Shown: positions 1-11,569 of the stretch, piece after piece
How positions within the stretch are numbered: position 1 is the stretch's first letter
Layout of the letters: each line of letters starts with the position of its first letter
Source of the DNA: Macrostomum hystrix
Taxonomy: Eukaryota; Animalia; Platyhelminthes
NCBI GenBank assembly: GCA_950097015.1
Contig: CATNEN010000001.1
Coordinates: 18,352,001 to 18,416,000 of the forward strand
Direction: 5' to 3'
DNA length: 64,000 bases
Notes under the pieces: model-generated
What the model was told of the DNA's origin: nothing
Seen by the model: the letters and a program-made list of their open reading frames with translations, nothing else
Databases searched by the model: none
Program-made: the position numbers and the translations under genes

Positions 1-66
1 TAATCGGCAGTTTAGAAATATAGATGTAGCAAGCCGTGGTATCCGCTCCAGCGGATGCATCCCGCT

Positions 67-212
67 GGGCAGTCTCAGGAGTATGTGAGCAGTCTCAGGA
101 GTATGTGAGCAGTCTCAGGAGTATGTGAGCAGTCTCAGGAGTATGTGAGCAGTCTCAGGAGTATGTGAGCAGTCTCAGGAGTATGTGAGAAGTCTCAGGA
201 GTATGTGAGCAG
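67..212. repeat. 20-bp minisatellite (GAGCAGTCTCAGGAGTATGT)n, ~7 copies
   Basis: Direct tandem copies visible in the sequence. Confidence 0.95.
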
Positions 213-484
213 TAAATGCACGCCGTTTCTCAGCTGTAAAATGAACAATAGAGATTCAAAGCGTGCAACAACATGCTAATTTCATTGGCAAACCAAAAAC
301 TACCCATTCAAAATGATAAAATGAATAGCAGAGACGCCAGAGGGTGTACCCCTATTTTGAAATTTATCAGCGCAGACATGAGCTCCATAGCCGAATCTAG
401 ATTCCAGAAAACTTCTTAAAGGGGCTGTGAATGTGTTTAAATGTCATGTAATTCGATGATGATGTGTCACATCAAGTCATGGAT

Positions 485-1558
485 TTACGGCAGAAGCCGG
501 AAGAAGTCGCGAATCTGCTGTTCAATCAGGGACGCGTTCGCAATGGCCACAGCCCGCACGACTCCATTTAGCGATTGGCCTCCTCCACTGAACCTACGAC
601 CGACAGACATGACGAAGCAGGACTGCCTGGATACGTCTTGTCGATTGGTGCTACCTGGCACAATAAAGCTGCCGTTGAAGTACAAGTGAGTGGATATCAG
701 ATAGCCAAGTCGGACAGAGACCGCGATGTCGATGAGTGAGCTGAAGCTCGCTGGCAGCTGGTTAGGGAGTGAATAGATGAGAAAATTATTAGAGTCATCG
801 CTGCTACCCTGCTTGTTGAAATACAGTTGGTTGGCCTGACCATACTCCCACAAGTGAGGGCCAGTCTCCTGAAGGTTCGAGCAGGACACGGCTTCCATAA
901 ACGGTTGATTTCTCGGCTGCCTCTTCAGCCTCATCAGCCACGTGAAGCTGGCCGAAGGGTCGGTCGAGACGAAGCGACTGTCGTTGAGCAGCGCGTAGGA
1001 CGAGTGTCCGTCGAACTGGGCGCCCTCCTCAGTCCACTGCAAGTTCGCACTCTCCAGTCGATAGCTGCTGCTCGAAGCACGCTCACCGCTCTGACACACC
1101 AGGTTGCTGAATCTGTTGCTCCCACCTGCCAGCCACACACCGACCAACTGAGCGTTGAGCAGCGAGGCGTCGCAGCTCGCCAACGACTTGGTGCGATACA
1201 CCGAGCACTGCTGCACCGAGCCGTCGACTGCGGCCTGATCGCTGCTGCTCGACTGGCCTCCCATCGGCCTTGCTCCACTCGCCTGCATCATGCGACACAC
1301 ATGGTGGTAGTGGAAGATCGAGCACACACCTGTCTGCTTGTTCCACTGAAGCACGAGGTCGTAAGGTGCGCTGCTCGCTTTCAACACGCAGCCGTGCAGG
1401 CTTTGCAGCGAGTTCCACCGAGTCATCGCCGAGCTGTCGTCGATGCACTGCATCATCCGGTACTGGCACCAGCGCCTGCTGCAGCTCGCAGTGGCCACCG
1501 ACACTCCCAGTAGAAGTAGCAGCAGGATACTGATGGTAACATTTAAAAAATAATTCAT
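485..1558 (-). CDS. Intronless secreted protein, ~357 aa: signal peptide, Cys-containing PAN/apple-like region, C-terminal LamG/pentraxin (concanavalin-A-like) domain; paralog A
   Basis: The first ATG is at 1558 (MNYFLNVTISILLLLLLGVSVATA, a signal-peptide-like N-terminus); the ORF track starts at an upstream TTG. The C-terminal motifs SFTWLMRLK, LYFNGS, MSVGRR and LNGVVRAVAIANASL match the LamG-like jelly-roll pattern. Domain names come from motif recognition, not a search. Confidence 0.75.
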   Translation of the reverse strand: MNYFLNVTISILLLLLLGVSVATASCSRRWCQYRMMQCIDDSSAMTRWNSLQSLHGCVLKASSAPYDLVLQWNKQTGVCSIFHYHHVCRMMQASGARPMGGQSSSSDQAAVDGSVQQCSVYRTKSLASCDASLLNAQLVGVWLAGGSNRFSNLVCQSGERASSSSYRLESANLQWTEEGAQFDGHSSYALLNDSRFVSTDPSASFTWLMRLKRQPRNQPFMEAVSCSNLQETGPHLWEYGQANQLYFNKQGSSDDSNNFLIYSLPNQLPASFSSLIDIAVSVRLGYLISTHLYFNGSFIVPGSTNRQDVSRQSCFVMSVGRRFSGGGQSLNGVVRAVAIANASLIEQQIRDFFRLLP

Positions 1559-2879
1559 TGTCAGGAGTTTCGTAGCCAACTATTTATATGTATTGTCAAG
1601 TCTAATCATGCGTTCTTCTCAACGGTAGAGCTTCAATATTTATATTGCTTAAATGGGAGCTTTTTGGAATAGCCATTAGACAGACAAGGCCTTGATCAAC
1701 AGATGCATATATTCTGTTTGCTGGGTTATAAGGATGGTGTTGAAAATGTCTTGGACCTTGAGAAGGACGAGGCTACGTCTGCTTCTAAGGGCCATCAGTA
1801 GAATTCACGGGAAAGACGGCATTCTTCACTAGAAGAAATGTTGGGCTTAAAAAACTTCTTGGTATTTTTCAGATCTTCAGCAGAGTGAAGAGATGACTGT
1901 TCAGACTGACAATGCGGCGAGGGCTTCACTTTCAGGAATTTTCTAGAATAATTGTATGTGGCAGCGTCGCTTCAGTTGAATGTGTAACACCTTCATGGCA
2001 TGAATTCGTCTAACACGCCGATTCTCGACTTTCGCGGTGTCTCAAGGCCCCCCAATGAGGCCCTGCAGCTCTTCATCTTTATTCAGCTTCTCTCCAGCTT
2101 CTCGAAAGTTTCCTCTCCAGACTAACATTGTTTATCACATTCAGCGCGTTGCCTTCCAACCCACAGCTGATGCCATGGTAACTGCTTTCATCTGCATTGA
2201 AAGCATTACTGTGAAACTAAGCGTCTTGTAAAATTCCACACACAAAGAGTTTCGTTACCTGTAGGCATTGGCTACTGTTCTAGATAAAGTCCTAATCTAG
2301 AGTCCCATGATCCCTTGATCAAGAGTCCTGATCTTTGGGGTGAGGGGTTACAGTTCTCTCAACTGGTTTAAGCTCGTATTACACTTAGATGGGCTCCTGA
2401 TGTTTTTTTCTGAGCTGCAGTATAAATAGTTAACTGAATGAGAACATCGATAGTAACTGATACGATTCGTTACTTTGTTGCAGTTAAAGTTCTAATCGCT
2501 CCTGGACTCAGGCACCTCACACACAGCAGGTGAGGAAGGGGGCGGCAGCCGGAGTGCCTCTCACCCCAGGCCCGCACACGCACAGAGCTGACCAAACCAG
2601 GGGAGGACTTAGATGCCTGAAGGGTAGGGACGAGAGCACCATGCCACGCGCGCAGACGGCTGGTGGCACCCGCCGCTCAGAGCACGCATGGCTGGTGCAC
2701 ACCCGCCCCACCCCCCATACAACGCCCCACACCGGCCCAACGCACAAACACAAACTCAAACAAGCAGGCATGCAGAAGGCAGGGGTTCAGCAGGGATTTA
2801 AATTAGCTTTGGTTGCACATAATAAGGTGCATCTCCGCTAGTCACTACTTCGCAAACCTCCAACCTCGCCCCGAAATTA

Positions 2880-3255
2880 ATCTTGACTAGGAGGGAGGAA
2901 CGAATCAGCGACCTTTGGAAAGTGAAGCAGCGACACTGGCCGCTGACCCACTCACCCCCTGTAGAAATACCACGCTATTTTTCCCGGGAACCACCACAGT
3001 GGGGTATTTCAAATTCCCACTGCCTCCTTCACAATAGCTCCCAAACCGAATGGCCGGATTTCGTGAAAGTCCACTTACATGGCCTGGCCTGTCTATGGCC
3101 TGAAGAGGCCACCGCATTTATCCAGTGTCTCCCCAACTGATGCTGGTACCTATTTTTCAACTTGATGAGTGTCTTGTTTAGGAAAACGACTTGTTGTTCC
3201 ATTGTGCTGCGCTTCGAACTCCTGACCTTTCAGAAACAAATTCGAGGCTACGCAT
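2880..3255 (-). mobile_element. Probable tRNA-derived SINE (family C), degraded
   Basis: The minus strand begins with a tRNA-like head containing a B-box-like GGAGTTCGAAGC, followed by AAACAAGACAC...AAATAGGTACCAGC. Its body (2970-3075) has a diverged homolog at 30395-30490. Confidence 0.5.
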
Positions 3256-4326
3256 TCAAGGCGGAAGCTGCAGGAAAAAGTGACGAATCTCCTGCTTAGT
3301 CAGGGACGCATTGGCGATGGCCACAGCCCGCACGACCCCCTTCAGGCTTATGCCGTCTGCAAACCTGCGACCGACAGACATCAGAAAGCAGGTCGGCCAG
3401 TCCGAGCTCTGAGCAGTGGCATGTTCGATCTCAGCGAAACTACCATTAAAGTAGAAAAACGAGGCATTCGCGGCGCCTTGAAAAACACTGACTGCCATAT
3501 CACTCCAGCTGGCATTGTTTGCAGGCAGGCTCTGCGGCGAACGAAGGATGAAATTATTCGGATCAGCACGGCCGCTCGCCTTGTTGAAAAGCAGTCTAAT
3601 TGGCTCGACATGCTCCCAAAAATGGGGTCCAAATATCGTAAAATTCGAGCAGGACACGGCTTCCATAAACGGTTGATTTCTCGGCTGCCTCTTCAGCCTC
3701 ATCAGCCACGTGAAGCTGGCCGAAGGGTCGGTCGAGACGAAGCGACTGTCGTTGAGCAGCGCGTAGGACGAGTGTCCGTCGAACTGGGCGCCCTCCTCAG
3801 TCCACTGCAAGTTCGCACTCTCCAGTCGATAGCTGCTGCTCGAAGCACGCTCACCGCTCTGACACACCAAGTTGCTGAATCTGTTGCTCCCACCTGCCAG
3901 CCACACACCGACCAACTGAGCGTTGAGCAGCGAGGCGTCGCAGCTCGCCAACGACTTGGCGCGATACACCGAGCACTGCTGCACCGAGCCGTCGACTGCG
4001 GCCTGATCTCTGCTGCTCGACTGGCCTCCCATCGGCCTTGCTCCACTCGCCTGCATCATGCGACACACATGCTGGTAGTGGAAGATCGAGCGCACACCTG
4101 TCTGCTTGTTCCACTGAAGCACGAGGTCGTCAGGTGTGCTGCTCGCTTTCAACACGCAGCCATGCAGGCTTTGCAGCGAGTTCCACCGAGTCATCGCCGA
4201 GCTGTCGTCGATGCACTGCATCATCCGGTACTGGCACCAGCGCCTGCTGCAGCTCGCAGTGGCCACCGACGCTCCCAGTAGAAGTAGCAGTAGGAAGCTG
4301 TAGGAAAGTGTTATGCTGGGATTCAT
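3256..4326 (-). CDS. Intronless secreted protein, 356 aa; paralog B of 485-1558
   Basis: Signal peptide MNPSITLSYSFLLLLLLGASVATA. Nearly identical to paralog A from the end of the signal peptide to EAVSCSN (offset 2768 bp), then diverged but alignable. TATAAAT lies about 45 bp upstream of the ATG. Confidence 0.75.
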   Translation of the reverse strand: MNPSITLSYSFLLLLLLGASVATASCSRRWCQYRMMQCIDDSSAMTRWNSLQSLHGCVLKASSTPDDLVLQWNKQTGVRSIFHYQHVCRMMQASGARPMGGQSSSRDQAAVDGSVQQCSVYRAKSLASCDASLLNAQLVGVWLAGGSNRFSNLVCQSGERASSSSYRLESANLQWTEEGAQFDGHSSYALLNDSRFVSTDPSASFTWLMRLKRQPRNQPFMEAVSCSNFTIFGPHFWEHVEPIRLLFNKASGRADPNNFILRSPQSLPANNASWSDMAVSVFQGAANASFFYFNGSFAEIEHATAQSSDWPTCFLMSVGRRFADGISLKGVVRAVAIANASLTKQEIRHFFLQLPP

Positions 4327-4516
4327 TATTTAATTTGGAAAAATTCTTTGTGTTTGCTCGAACATTTATAATTCTCGCCTTTCCTAGTTTGAGTTTATCA
4401 GCAGATAAGCCTCAGGTAAGATTTTATCAATGGTTTGTTTAGTGTGTTTGGTGATTGGTTTGGCAGCTGCAAAATTAATAAGCGACTTAGGAGACTGCAC
4501 ACTCGGGTGTTGAAGT

Positions 4517-6737
4517 ATGTCAAGCTTGTGCTACCATGTGTCTGCGGACCAACTGCTCTGTATTCTTTCTAATCTTTCAATGTTTTTTCTGCATCATGTG
4601 AGACCTCTTGAATAATGTCAAGCTTGTGCTACCATGTGTCTGCGGACCAACTGCTCTGTATTCTTTCTAATCTTTCAATGTTTTTCTGCATCATGTGAGA
4701 CCTCTTGAATAATGTCAAGCTTGTGCTACCATGTGTCTGCGGACCAACTGCTCTGTATTCTTTCTAATCCTTCAATGTTTTTCTGCATCATGTGAGACCT
4801 CTTGAATAATGTCAAGCTTGTGCTACCATGTGTCTGCGGACCAACTGCTCTGTATTCTTTCTAATCTTTCAATGTTTTTCTGCATCATGTGAGACCTCTT
4901 GAATAATGTCAAGCTTGTGCTACCATGTGTCTGCGGACCAACTGCTCTGTATTCTTTCTAATCCTTCAATGTTTTTCTGCATCATGTGAGACCTCTTGAA
5001 TAATGTCAAGCTTGTGCTACCATGTGTCTGCGGACCAACTGCTCTGTATTCTTTCTAATCTTTCAATGTTTTTTCTGCATCATGTGAGACCTCTTGAATA
5101 ATGTCAAGCTTGTGCTACCATGTGTCTGCGGACCAACTGCTCTGTATTCTTTCTAATCTTTCAATGTTTTTCTGCATCATGTGAGACCTCTTGAATAATG
5201 TCAAGCTTGTGCTACCATGTGTCTGCGGACCAACTGCTCTGTATTCTTTCTAATCTTTCAATGTTTTTCTGCATCATGTGAGACCTCTTGAATAATGTCA
5301 AGCTTGTGCTACCATGTGTCTGCGGACCAACTGCTCTGTATTCTTTCTAATCTTTCAATGTTTTTCTGCATCATGTGAGACCTCTTGAATAATGTCAAGC
5401 TTGTGCTACCATGTGTCTGCGGACCAACTGCTCTGTATTCTTTCTAATCTTTCAATGTTTTTCTGCATCATGTGAGACCTCTTGAATAATGTCAAGCTTG
5501 TGCTTCCATGTGTCTGCGGACCAACTGCTCTGTATTCTTTCTAATCCTTCAATGTTTTTTCTGCATCATGTGAGACCTCTTGAATAATGTCAAGCTTGTG
5601 CTACCATGTGTCTGCGGACCAACTGCTCTGTATTCTTTCTAATCTTTCAATGTTTTTTCTGCATCATGTGAGACCTCTTGAATAATGTCAAGCTTGTGCT
5701 ACCATGTGTCTGCGGACCAACTGCTCTGTATTCTTTCTAATCCTTCAATGTTTTTTCTGCATCATGTGAGACCTCTTGAATAATGTCAAGCTTGTGCTAC
5801 CATGTGTCTGCGGACCAACTGCTCTGTATTCTTTCTAATCTTTCAATGTTTTTCTGCATCATGTGAGACCTCTTGAATAATGTCAAGCTTGTGCTACCAT
5901 GTGTCTGCGGACCAACTGCTCTGTATTCTTTCTAATCCTTCAATGTTTTTCTGCATCATGTGAGACCTCTTGAATAATGTCAAGCTTGTGCTACCATGTG
6001 TCTGCGGACCAACTGCTCTGTATTCTTTCTAATCCTTCAATGTTTTTTCTGCATCATGTGAGACCTCTTGAATAATGTCAAGCTTGTGCTACCATGTGTC
6101 TGCGGACCAACTGCTCTGTATTCTTTCTAATCCTTCAATGTTTTTCTGCATCATGTGAGACCTCTTGAATAATGTCAAGCTTGTGCTACCATGTGTCTGC
6201 GGACCAACTGCTCTGTATTCTTTCTAATCCTTCAATGTTTTTTCTGCATCATGTGAGACCTCTTGAATAATGTCAAGCTTGTGCTACCATGTGTCTGCGG
6301 ACCAACTGCTCTGTATTCTTTCTAACCCTTCAATGTTTTTTCTGCATCATGTGAGACCTCTTGAATAATGTCAAGCTTGTGCTACCATGTGTCTGCGGAC
6401 CAACTGCTCTGTATTCTTTCTAATCCTTCAATGTTTTTCTGCATCATGTGAGACCTCTTGAATAATGTCAAGCTTGTGCTACCATGTGTCTGCGGACCAA
6501 CTGCTCTGTATTCTTTCTAATCTTTCAATGTTTTTCTGCATCATGTGAGACCTCTTGAATAATGTCAAGCTTGTGCTACCATGTGTCTGCGGACCAACTG
6601 CTCTGTATTCTTTCTAATCCTTCAATGTTTTTTCTGCATCATGTGAGACCTCTTGAATAATGTCAAGCTTGTGCTACCATGTGTCTGCGGACCAACTGCT
6701 CTGTATTCTTTCTAATCCTTCAATGTTTTTCTGCATC
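4517..6737. repeat. 97-98 bp satellite array, ~23 copies
   Basis: Unit ATGTCAAGCTTGTGCTACCATGTGTCTGCGGACCAACTGCTCTG...GAGACCTCTTGAATA. Copies differ mainly by a C/T site and the length of a T-run. Confidence 0.97.
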
Positions 6738-7610
6738 AAGAGAAGGGATGGGGAGAGAGAGCGGAAGGGGAGAGAGAGCGGAAGGGGAGAGAGAGCGGAA
6801 GGGGAGAGAGAGCGGAAGGGGAGAGAGAGCGGAAGGGGAGAGAGAGCGGAAGGGGAGAGAGAGCGGAAGGGGAGAGAGAGCGGAAGGGGAGAGAGAGGGG
6901 ATGGGGAGAGAGAGCGGAAGGGGAGAGAGAGCGGAAGGGGAGAGAGAGCGGAAGGGAAGAGAGAGGGGATGGGGAGAGAGAGCGGAAGGGGAGAGAGAGG
7001 GGATGGGGAGAGAGAGCGGAAGGGGAGAGAGAGCGGAAGGGGAGAGAGAGGGGATGGGGAGAGAGAGCGGAAGGGGAGAGAGAGCGGAAGGGGAGAGAGA
7101 GCGGAAGGGGAGAGAGAGCGGAAGGGGAGAGAGAGCGGAAGGGGAGAGAGAGCGGAAGGGGAGAGAGAGCGGAAGGGGAGAGAGAGCGGAAGGGGAGAGA
7201 GAGGGGATGGGGAGAGAGAGCGGAAGGGGAGAGAGAGCGGAAGGGGAGAGAGAGCGGAAGGGGAGAGAGAGCGGAAGGGGAGAGAGAGGGGATGGGGAGA
7301 GAGAGCGGAAGGGGAGAGAGAGCGGAAGGGGAGAGAGAGCGGAAGGGGAGAGAGAGCGGAAGGGGAGAGAGAGCGGAAGGGGAGAGAGAGCGGAAGGGGA
7401 GAGAGAGCGGAAGGGGAGAGAGAGCGGAAGTGGAGAGAGAGCGGAAGGGGAGAGAGAGAGGAAGGGGAGAGAGAGCGCAAGGGGAGAGAGAGAGGAAGGG
7501 GAGAGAGAGCGGAAGGGGAGAGAGAGCGGAAGGGGAGAGAGAGGGGATGGCGAGAGTGGGAGGAGAGAGGGGAGAGAGAGAAAGGGAGAAAGGAAGGAAG
7601 AGAGGAAAAA
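6738..7610. repeat. 18-bp purine-rich minisatellite (GAGAGAGAGCGGAAGGGG)n
   Basis: Tandem copies; a much shorter inverted counterpart lies at ~19250-19410. Confidence 0.95.
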
Positions 7611-8134
7611 AATCGGGACTGGAGAAGTGCTTGGTTGAAAATCTTCAATTTTTTAACTTCCCGAAAGGAAAGCTTTATTATTGTCTTTAAGTCAGTTCTA
7701 TAAAAAAGCATCGAATAACTCTATCCGGATAGAACAGGACTAGCGGACTAATCCCAATCTAGTTCTAGGGATCTTTCAGATGAGATTGTCTCCCGACTCT
7801 CTCCCCCCAGTCTGGCATGCAATCTAGAGTGGATTTGGCCTGTCCTGGGTGCCCCGCCCTGACCTGGACCGAGTTGTTGGTAGGCTGGGACTCGGTCCAA
7901 CAAGATGATTGCTTTAGAGGCTTAAGAAGCGGAGCCGGCAAGAATTTAATCATCATAAAGGGAGCCGGACAGTCAGAGCGGGCAGACAGGAAGGGGCCAG
8001 AAAGTTAGAAATTCATTTTGTTCGCGAGAAGAAGACGATGAAGAAAACTTTTCGAATTGTACAGTTGAGGATTTGAGTGCGTTGGGAGTTCATGTCACAG
8101 CCAGATTCAGTCATGGCCTCATCATTCTAGATGA

Positions 8135-8925
8135 GCAGCTTCTCATCTGATCCCTGAGTAGGCCACTGCAGCTTCTCATCTGATCCCTGAGTAGGCCATT
8201 GCAGCTTCTCATCTGATCCCTGAGTAGGCCATTGCAGCTTCTCATTTGATCCCTGAGTAGGCCACTGCAGCTTCTCATCTGATCCCTGAGTAGGCCATTG
8301 CAGCTTCTCATCTGATCCATGAGTAGGCCACTGCAGCTTCTCATCTGATCCCTGAGTAGGCCATTGCAGCTTCTCATCTGATCCATGAGTAGGCCACTGC
8401 AGCTTCTCATCTGATCCCTGAGTAGGCCACTGCAGCTTCTCATCTGATTCCTGAGTAGGCCACTGCAGCTTCTCATCTGATCCCTGAGTAGGCCACTGCA
8501 GCTTCTCATCTGATCCCTGAGTAGGCCACTGCAGCTTCTCATCTGATCCCTGAGTAGGCCACTGCAGCTTCTCATCTGATCCCTGAGTAGGCCACTGCAG
8601 CTTCTCATTTGATCCCTGAGTAGGCCACTGCAGCTTCTCATTTGATCCCTGAGTAGGCCACTGCAGCTTCTCATTTGATCCCTGAGTAGGCCACTGCAGC
8701 TTCTCATCTGATTCCTGAGTAGGCCACTGCAGCTTCTCATTTGATCCCTGAGTAGGCCATTGCAGCTTCTCATCTGATCCCTGAGTAGGCCACTGCAGCT
8801 TCTCATTTGATCCCTGAGTAGGCCACTGCAGCTTCTCATCTGGGCCTGAGTAGGCCACTGCAGCTTCTCATTTGATCCCTGAGTAGGCCATTGCAGCTTC
8901 TCATCTGATCCCTGAGTAGGCCATT
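8135..8925. repeat. 33-bp minisatellite, ~24 copies
   Basis: Unit GCTTCTCATCTGATCCCTGAGTAGGCCACTGCA. Confidence 0.95.
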
Positions 8926-9360
8926 GTAATCTACCCCACATAGCTTGCATAGCTTAGTAATGCATTTGACAGGTTGCTTTTGACGGAGAAAAGCTGGATT
9001 GAAATATTAGGTAAACAAATGGCACATGTTTACTCTGCCAACCCCAGTTCTTAAACACTTGGACATCGGCTTAAGGAGAGTTTCGATGCGTTTGCCAGAG
9101 AATGAATACTTTGAGCACACAAACGACGGACACATCCTTGAGCATAGAGGGGGAGGACAGAAGAGGAAGGAATGTCAGTGTGCTCAAAATTTGATCACAC
9201 GCAAAGGGCCAGAAACTTTTGCCTAAAAGTTTTTGCCTAAAAAGGATGGGAGACAAGCTGCAATGTCTCCAGTGTATTTTATATTGGCAGGTCCATACGA
9301 GCCAGGTTCCATTGGCCTGATATAATTGTTCCGAGAAATTCACATCCAGATATCAATAAA

Positions 9361-9850
9361 TAGCTACTGTCACTCTGCTAGCTACTGTCACTCTGCTAGC
9401 TACTGTCACTCTGCTAGCTACTGTCACTCTGCTAGCTACTGTCACTCTGCTAGCTACTGTCACTCTGCTAGCTACTGTCACTCTGCTAGCTACTGTCACT
9501 CTGCTAGCTACTGTCACTCTGCTAGCTACTGTCACTCTGCTAGCTACTGTCACTCTGCTAGCTACTGTCACTCTGCTAGCTACTGTCACTCTGCTAGCTA
9601 CTGTCACTCTGCTAGCTACTGTCACTCTGCTAGCTACTGTCACTCTGCTAGCTACTGTCACTCTGCTAGCTACTGTCACTCTGCTAGCTACTGTCACTCT
9701 GCTAGCTACTGTCACTCTGCTAGCTACTGTCACTCTGCTAGCTACTGTCACTCTGCTAGCTACTGTCACTCTGCTAGCTACTGTCACTCTGCTAGCTACT
9801 GTCACTCTGCTAGCTACTGTCACTCTGCTAGCTACTGTCACTCTGCTAGC
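9361..9850. repeat. 18-bp minisatellite (TAGCTACTGTCACTCTGC)n, ~27 copies
   Basis: Perfect tandem copies. Confidence 0.97.
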
Positions 9851-10354
9851 CCTTGTCACTCACGATGTGCTGAAGACAATGAAGGAGCAGATGCTCAGAG
9901 TGAATCCCATCGACATGGCAAAGAAGCCAACAGCGGCCATTGTGCCAAACAATGTTGGCGGCTGATAACTGCCCGGAACACCTGGCGGATAATGCCGGTG
10001 GTGAGGATAATGAAGATGATGATGAGGCGCAGCGGTTGACACCAGAACATGACGCCTCGGCTGTCGAGTGCCTGCTGAAGGAGGAGCTGCCGGACTCATA
10101 TTGTCCGCCAGCTCATAATTGGCCGAATAAATCTGCGGTGCCGACTGGAAAGATCTGGTGAGCATGACTTGCCTATCTGGCTGGGGACTGTGCGAACTGT
10201 CCGTCTGGTGTAGTTGCACATTTCTCTTCGAAGACAGTCATATAATATGACTTCTAAAAGGTTTGTTTGCTCCCTTGCGAAATAGCAGCTTTCAACCAAT
10301 CAGAATCGTCGCGGCCTGGGAACTTTCGATTCGGCATGATAGCGTCCAGAAGAC

Positions 10355-11005
10355 TGGGAGATAGGGAGGAGAGAGGGGAGAGTGGGAGGAGAGAGGGGAG
10401 AGTGGGAGGAGAGAGGGGAGAGTGGGAGGAGAGAGGGGAGAGTGGGAGGAGAGAGGGGAGAGTGGGAGGAGAGAGGGGGAGTGGGAGGAGAGAGGGGAGA
10501 GCAGGAGGAGAGAGGGGAGAGCGGGAGGAGAGATGGGAGAGTGGGAGGAGAAAAGGGAGAGTGAGAGTGGGAGGCCAGATGGGAGAGTGGGAGGAGAGAG
10601 GGGAGAGTGGGAGGAGAGAGGGGAGAGTGGGAGGAGAGAGGGGAGAGTGGGAGGAGAGAGGGGAGAGTGGGAGGAGAGAGGGGAGATCGGGAGGAGAGAT
10701 GGGAGAGTGGGAGGAGAAAAGGGAGAGTGGGAGGCCAGATGGGAGAGTGGGAGGAGGGAGAGAGTGAGAGGAGAGATGGGAGAGTGGGAGGAGAAAAGGG
10801 AGAGTGGGAGGAGAGATAGGAGAGTGGGAGGAGAAAAGGGAGAGTGGGAGGAGAGATAGGAGAGTGGGAGGAGAAAAGGGAGAGTGGGAGGCGAGAGGGG
10901 AGAGTGGGAGGAGGGAGAGAGTGAGAGGAGAGATGGGAGAGTGGGAGGAGAAAAGGGAGAGTGGGAGGAGAAAGGGGAGAGTGGGAAGAGGGAGAGAGTG
11001 AGAGG
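10355..11005. repeat. ~20-bp purine-rich minisatellite (GAGAGGGGAGAGTGGGAGGA)n
   Basis: Degenerate tandem copies; inverted counterpart at ~15615-16222. Confidence 0.93.
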
Positions 11006-11569
11006 AACATAGGAAGAAAGCGAAACGGATATATAGCGATAATTGACTGTAGTTTCAAAAGACCTTTAAGCAGATACCTTTTTAAATTTGCAAACTAGTA
11101 TTATTTTGTTAAGCTCAAGGGAACAATTTGTATTCGTTCTTGTTGATTAGAGTACAGTTAAACGAAAAATTACTAAGGATCCTTAGTTTTTTATCCTGGA
11201 TAAAGTTTGCACCAACTCAAGGATCAATGCTATCCGAACTATAAATTCACGCGGTTGAAAAATCTATTGCCTAGACTAGCATTAATTTTTTTTCTATCCC
11301 TTAATGCTTTCTCAATGTCCATCTGCGGAATCTATATTTTATGCTCAATAATTCATTGGCATACGAACTGAACTGATAGCAAGGTATAAGGCAATATTAT
11401 CTGATAATCCTTTAGATTGGGATTCCAGTTGCTAAGGGCAAGACCGCAAGATAAATGAAGCGCTGAGCAGAAGTTTATTCCCCAGACAAAAATATCTCTA
11501 ACTTACTCTAACTGATAGCTCACTTTTATCACATTCTCTAAGGTTTTTGCCTCATTTTCATCTATCCAG

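Larger units (their letters stand above)
7864..10165 (-). pseudogene. Inverted partial copy (candidate exons 1-3) of the orphan two-TM gene at 16413-23691
   Basis: Mirror image of 16413-18983. The arm ends in the GA repeat and 97-bp array just before the equivalent of exon 4. Confidence 0.45.

Noticed and set aside
1650-2230. Moderately GC-rich stretch between the paralogs that might be a decayed coding or transposon fragment
   Set aside because: No sustained ORF or motif I can recognise.
827-4281. Long + strand ORFs 827-1513 and 3280-4281
   Set aside because: They are antisense shadows of the GC-rich secreted-protein genes and lack an ATG-led signal peptide or recognisable motifs.
4517-6737. 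CRISPR-like appearance of regular repeats here and in the 33-bp and 35-bp arrays
   Set aside because: Units are head-to-tail with no unique spacers, there are no cas genes, and the context is eukaryotic.
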